In this document: positions 61,135-64,000 of the stretch, one piece after another
Position numbering within the stretch: position 1 is the first letter of the stretch
Layout: every line of letters begins with the position of its first letter
Assembly: GCA_903884425.1 (NCBI GenBank)
Contig: CAISEP010000001.1
Span: forward strand, 25,922-89,921
DNA: 64,000 bases
Direction of reading: 5' to 3'
From: an uncultured Caulobacterales bacterium
GTDB lineage: Bacteria > Pseudomonadota > Alphaproteobacteria > Caulobacterales > Caulobacteraceae
The notes under the pieces: model-generated
Databases searched by the model: none
Told to the model about the DNA's origin: nothing
The model's input: only the letters and a program-made list of their open reading frames with translations
Program-made: the position numbers and the translations under genes

Positions 61135-62574
61135 TTGATGGGTCTCGACAGCGCCCTGACGATTGCGCAACCGGAACTGCTGCTGGCCGCGGCGGCGCTG
61201 GGTCTGCTGGTGGTGGGCGCCTATTCCGGCCGCCTGGCCATGACGCTGGTGTCCTGGGGTGCCATGCTGGCGCTGGGCGCGGCCGCGGTGCTGGCCGCCA
61301 ACGGACCGCTGGGCCAGGCCTTCAAGGGGGCCTTCGTGTCCGACGGCGCGTCGGTCTTCGCCAAGGTGATCATCTATGCCGCCAGTGGCGTGGCGATCTT
61401 CCTGGGGGAGCGCTGGCTCGTCCGCGCCGGCAATGCCAAGTTCGAATATCCGGTGCTGGTCCTGCTGGCGGCGCTGGGCATGGGCATGATGGTGTCCGCG
61501 GGCGACCTGATCAGCCTCTATATCGGGATCGAGTTGCAGTCGCTGGCCCTCTATGTGCTGTGCGCCTTCCAGAGGGATGACGCGCGGGCCTCCGAAGCGG
61601 GGCTCAAGTATTTCGTGCTGGGGGCCCTGTCGTCGGGCCTTCTGCTCTACGGGGCCTCGCTGATCTACGGCTTTGCCGGATCGACCCGGTTCGCGGACAT
61701 TGCCGGGGCCGTGCATGGCCCGGCCTCCATGGGCATCGTGTTCGGCCTGGTGTTCCTGATCTGCGGCCTGGCCTTCAAGGTGTCTGCCGCGCCGTTCCAC
61801 ATGTGGACGCCGGACGTGTACGAGGGCGCGCCGACCCCGGTCACCGCGCTCCTCTCCGCGGCCCCCAAGGTGGCGGCCATGGTGCTGTTCGCCCGGGTGC
61901 TGGCCCAGGCCTTCCCCCATGACGTTCCCCAGTGGAGCCAGGTGGTCACGGCCATCGCCCTGATCTCCGTCACCGTGGGTGCCCTGGGCGGTCTGGTGCA
62001 GAAGAACCTGAAGCGGCTGCTGGCCTATTCCTCCATCGCCAATATCGGCTACGCCCTCCTGGGCCTGGCGTCGGGCAGCGAGGCGGGGCTGCAGGCCATG
62101 CTGATGTTCATGGTGCTCTACGTCATCGACGTGACCGGCTTCTTCGCCTGCCTCTTGGCCCTGTCCCGGGGCGGAAAGCCGATGGAGACCCTGCCGTCCC
62201 TGGCGGGTCTCGTCCGCCTGCGGCCGGGTCTGGCGATCGCCATCACCATCCTGTCCCTCAGCGTGCTGGGCCTTCCGCCCCTGTCGGGCTTCTGGGCCAA
62301 GTTCTACGTCTTCAAGGCCGCGGTCTCGACGCCGGGCATGGAGCCGGCGGCGGTCTACGGTCTGGTCATGAGCGTGGCGGCGGCCTTCTATTACCTTCGG
62401 ATCATCAAGACCATGTGGTTCGACGCGCCGGAGGGCGAGACCGACGCGCCGCCGCTGGACGCCCGGCTGGTGGCCCTGGGCTGCGCGGCCTTTTCCTTCC
62501 CCCTGGTGATTCCGGCCCTGGCCGTGCTTGACCCCCTGGCCCTGGCCGCGGCCAAGGCCTTCGGACTGGCGTGA
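61135..62574 (+). CDS. nuoN: NADH-quinone oxidoreductase subunit N
   Basis: 479 aa, starting at TTG 61135 or ATG 61138. It reads GIELQSLALYVL and KVSAAPFHMWTPDVYEGAPTPVTA. Confidence 0.95.
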   Translation: MMGLDSALTIAQPELLLAAAALGLLVVGAYSGRLAMTLVSWGAMLALGAAAVLAANGPLGQAFKGAFVSDGASVFAKVIIYAASGVAIFLGERWLVRAGNAKFEYPVLVLLAALGMGMMVSAGDLISLYIGIELQSLALYVLCAFQRDDARASEAGLKYFVLGALSSGLLLYGASLIYGFAGSTRFADIAGAVHGPASMGIVFGLVFLICGLAFKVSAAPFHMWTPDVYEGAPTPVTALLSAAPKVAAMVLFARVLAQAFPHDVPQWSQVVTAIALISVTVGALGGLVQKNLKRLLAYSSIANIGYALLGLASGSEAGLQAMLMFMVLYVIDVTGFFACLLALSRGGKPMETLPSLAGLVRLRPGLAIAITILSLSVLGLPPLSGFWAKFYVFKAAVSTPGMEPAAVYGLVMSVAAAFYYLRIIKTMWFDAPEGETDAPPLDARLVALGCAAFSFPLVIPALAVLDPLALAAAKAFGLA

Positions 62575-63347
62575 CCGAGATTTCCGGCACCACCGCCGCA
62601 GCGCCCCTTCCGGTTCTCGCCCTCGACAGCGTGGACTCCACCAATGCCGAGGCCCGGCGTCAGGCGGAGTCCGGCGATCTCGGCCCCCGCTGGATCACGG
62701 CGCGGGTCCAGACGGCCGGTCGCGGCCGTCGGGGACGGGCCTGGAGCACCACCGAGGGCAATCTGGCCGCCACCCTGCTGACCACCACGGACCGGGTCCC
62801 GGGGGATGCGGCGCGGACCTCCTTCGTGGCCGCCGTGGCCGTGGCCGATGCCCTGGCGACCTATCTGCCCGACAGCCTGATCCGCCTGAAATGGCCCAAT
62901 GACGTCCTGGTGGACGACCGCAAGATCTGCGGCATCCTGATCGAATCCGGCCGGGTGCGGGGCGAGGACCGGCTGTGGCTGGCGGTGGGCATCGGCGTGA
63001 ACCTCGCCCATGCCCCGCAGGTCGCGGATCGGCCGGCCACCTGCGTGGCGGACCACCTGCGCGGCGATGTCGCATCCCCGCCCACGGCCCGGCAGATGCT
63101 GGACCGGCTGGCGGCCGCCTTCGCCCACCGGCAGGGACAATGGGATGACCAGGGCTTCGAGCCCATCGTCGAGGCCTGGACCGCGCGGGCCATCGGACTG
63201 GGCGGGCCCTGCGCCGCGCGCCTTGCCGACGAGACGGTGGAGGGCACGGCTGAGGGGCTGGACCCCGACGGGTCCCTGCGCCTGCGCCTGCCAGACGGCG
63301 GGGTGCGTCGCATCGCCGCTGGCGACGTGTTTTTCGGAGGAAGATGA
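62571..63347 (+). CDS. birA: Biotin--[acetyl-CoA-carboxylase] ligase (group I, no N-terminal HTH)
   Basis: 258 aa. Its start overlaps the nuoN stop as GTGA. It reads LDSVDSTNAEA, QTAGRGRRGRAW and KWPNDVLVDDRKICGILIE. Confidence 0.92.
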   Translation: MTEISGTTAAAPLPVLALDSVDSTNAEARRQAESGDLGPRWITARVQTAGRGRRGRAWSTTEGNLAATLLTTTDRVPGDAARTSFVAAVAVADALATYLPDSLIRLKWPNDVLVDDRKICGILIESGRVRGEDRLWLAVGIGVNLAHAPQVADRPATCVADHLRGDVASPPTARQMLDRLAAAFAHRQGQWDDQGFEPIVEAWTARAIGLGGPCAARLADETVEGTAEGLDPDGSLRLRLPDGGVRRIAAGDVFFGGR

Positions 63348-63350
63348 GCC

Positions 63351-64000
63351 ATGCTTCTCGCCATCGAACAGGGCAATACCAATACGGTGTTCGCCGTCCA
63401 TGACGGGTCGGAGTGGATCGCCCAGTGGCGCTCGGCCACCGATCCCTCCCGCACGGCGGACGAATACGGGGTGTGGCTGTCCCAGTTCCTGGCCATGAAG
63501 GACCTGGTGCTGCGGGACCTGGACGGCTGCATCATCTCCAGCGTGGTGCCCCAGTCGATCTTCCACCTGCGCAACCTGTCCCGGCGCTATCTGCACACCG
63601 AGCCCCTGGTGATCGGCGAGAATGCCAGGCTCGGCGTGGAAATCCGCATCGACAAGCCCTCCGAGGCCGGGGCCGACCGGCTGGTCAATGCCGTGGGGGC
63701 CCATGTGGCCTATTCCGGGGCCCTGATCATCGTCGACAGCGGCACGGCCACCAATTTCGACGTGGTGGCCGCCGACGGGGCCTTCGAGGGCGGCGTGATC
63801 GCGCCGGGCATCAACCTGTCCATGCAGGCCTTGCACCAGGCCGCCGCCCGCCTGCCGCGGGTGGCCATCCAGCGGCCGGGCAGCGTCATCGGCCGGGACA
63901 CGGTCACGGCCATGCAGTCCGGCGTGTTCTGGGGCTACATGGCCCTGATCGAGGGCATGATCGACCGCATCCGCGCCGAGTACGGGGCCCCCATGACCGT
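63351..64000 (+). CDS. coaX: Type III pantothenate kinase, 5' part that runs off the right edge of the window
   Basis: I translated this by hand from ATG 63351: [16 protein letters not shown]...[11 protein letters not shown]...[14 protein letters not shown]...[11 protein letters not shown]...AARLPRV. It is absent from the ORF track because no stop lies in the window. Confidence 0.9.
   Translation, partial: MLLAIEQGNTNTVFAVHDGSEWIAQWRSATDPSRTADEYGVWLSQFLAMKDLVLRDLDGCIISSVVPQSIFHLRNLSRRYLHTEPLVIGENARLGVEIRIDKPSEAGADRLVNAVGAHVAYSGALIIVDSGTATNFDVVAADGAFEGGVIAPGINLSMQALHQAAARLPRVAIQRPGSVIGRDTVTAMQSGVFWGYMALIEGMIDRIRAEYGAPMT

Overview
This window is a densely packed, high-GC (roughly two-thirds G+C by eye, not computed) piece of an alphaproteobacterial-type chromosome, and almost all of it is core metabolism and housekeeping.

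Gene content, left to right:
- a truncated DUF1800-like gene, an ATP12 chaperone and pccB
- a DUF2125 / chorismate-mutase-like / hisC operon and chaC
- a GntR / glutamine-synthetase-like / FAD-oxidase amine-catabolism module
- a plsC / ydcF / ftsX / ftsE block
- a zinc-ribbon protein, hpt, lysA, an LptM-like lipoprotein, argH and tlpA
- a beta-lactamase-fold protein and a dienelactone hydrolase
- the divergent ethylmalonyl-CoA pathway pair ccr/ecm, then an epoxide hydrolase
- glnA-glnB, a histidine phosphatase and nnr
- an LLM oxidoreductase, an APC permease and a flavin monooxygenase
- the conserved block tRNA-Leu, tig, clpP, a cicA-like HAD gene on the opposite strand, clpX, lon, hupB, tRNA-Val
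- a 3.6 kb lineage-specific stretch: secreted hypothetical, EF-hand lipoprotein, SDR, MBL hydrolase
- tRNA-Asp and a DJ-1/PfpI gene
- a complete nuoA-N complex I operon followed by birA and the start of coaX

I saw no rRNA, CRISPR array, transposase, integrase, phage genes or recognisable defence genes.

The most interesting signal is inside the nuo operon. Three small membrane-protein ORFs are translationally coupled into the nuoC/D/E/F junctions. A further 143-codon coding-like frame runs in-frame into nuoF.

Secondary curiosities:
- an exact in-frame 21-nt tandem duplication that builds a histidine-rich loop in NuoL
- a four-EF-hand lipoprotein with a Gly/Arg repeat in the stretch between the two tRNAs
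- a beta-lactamase-fold protein with no S-x-x-K motif
- very tight head-to-head and tail-to-tail gene packing

Many long antisense or alternative-frame ORFs in the supplied track are high-GC artefacts and were rejected. Coordinates I read from the printed sequence (tRNAs, hairpins, motifs) may be off by 1 nt.
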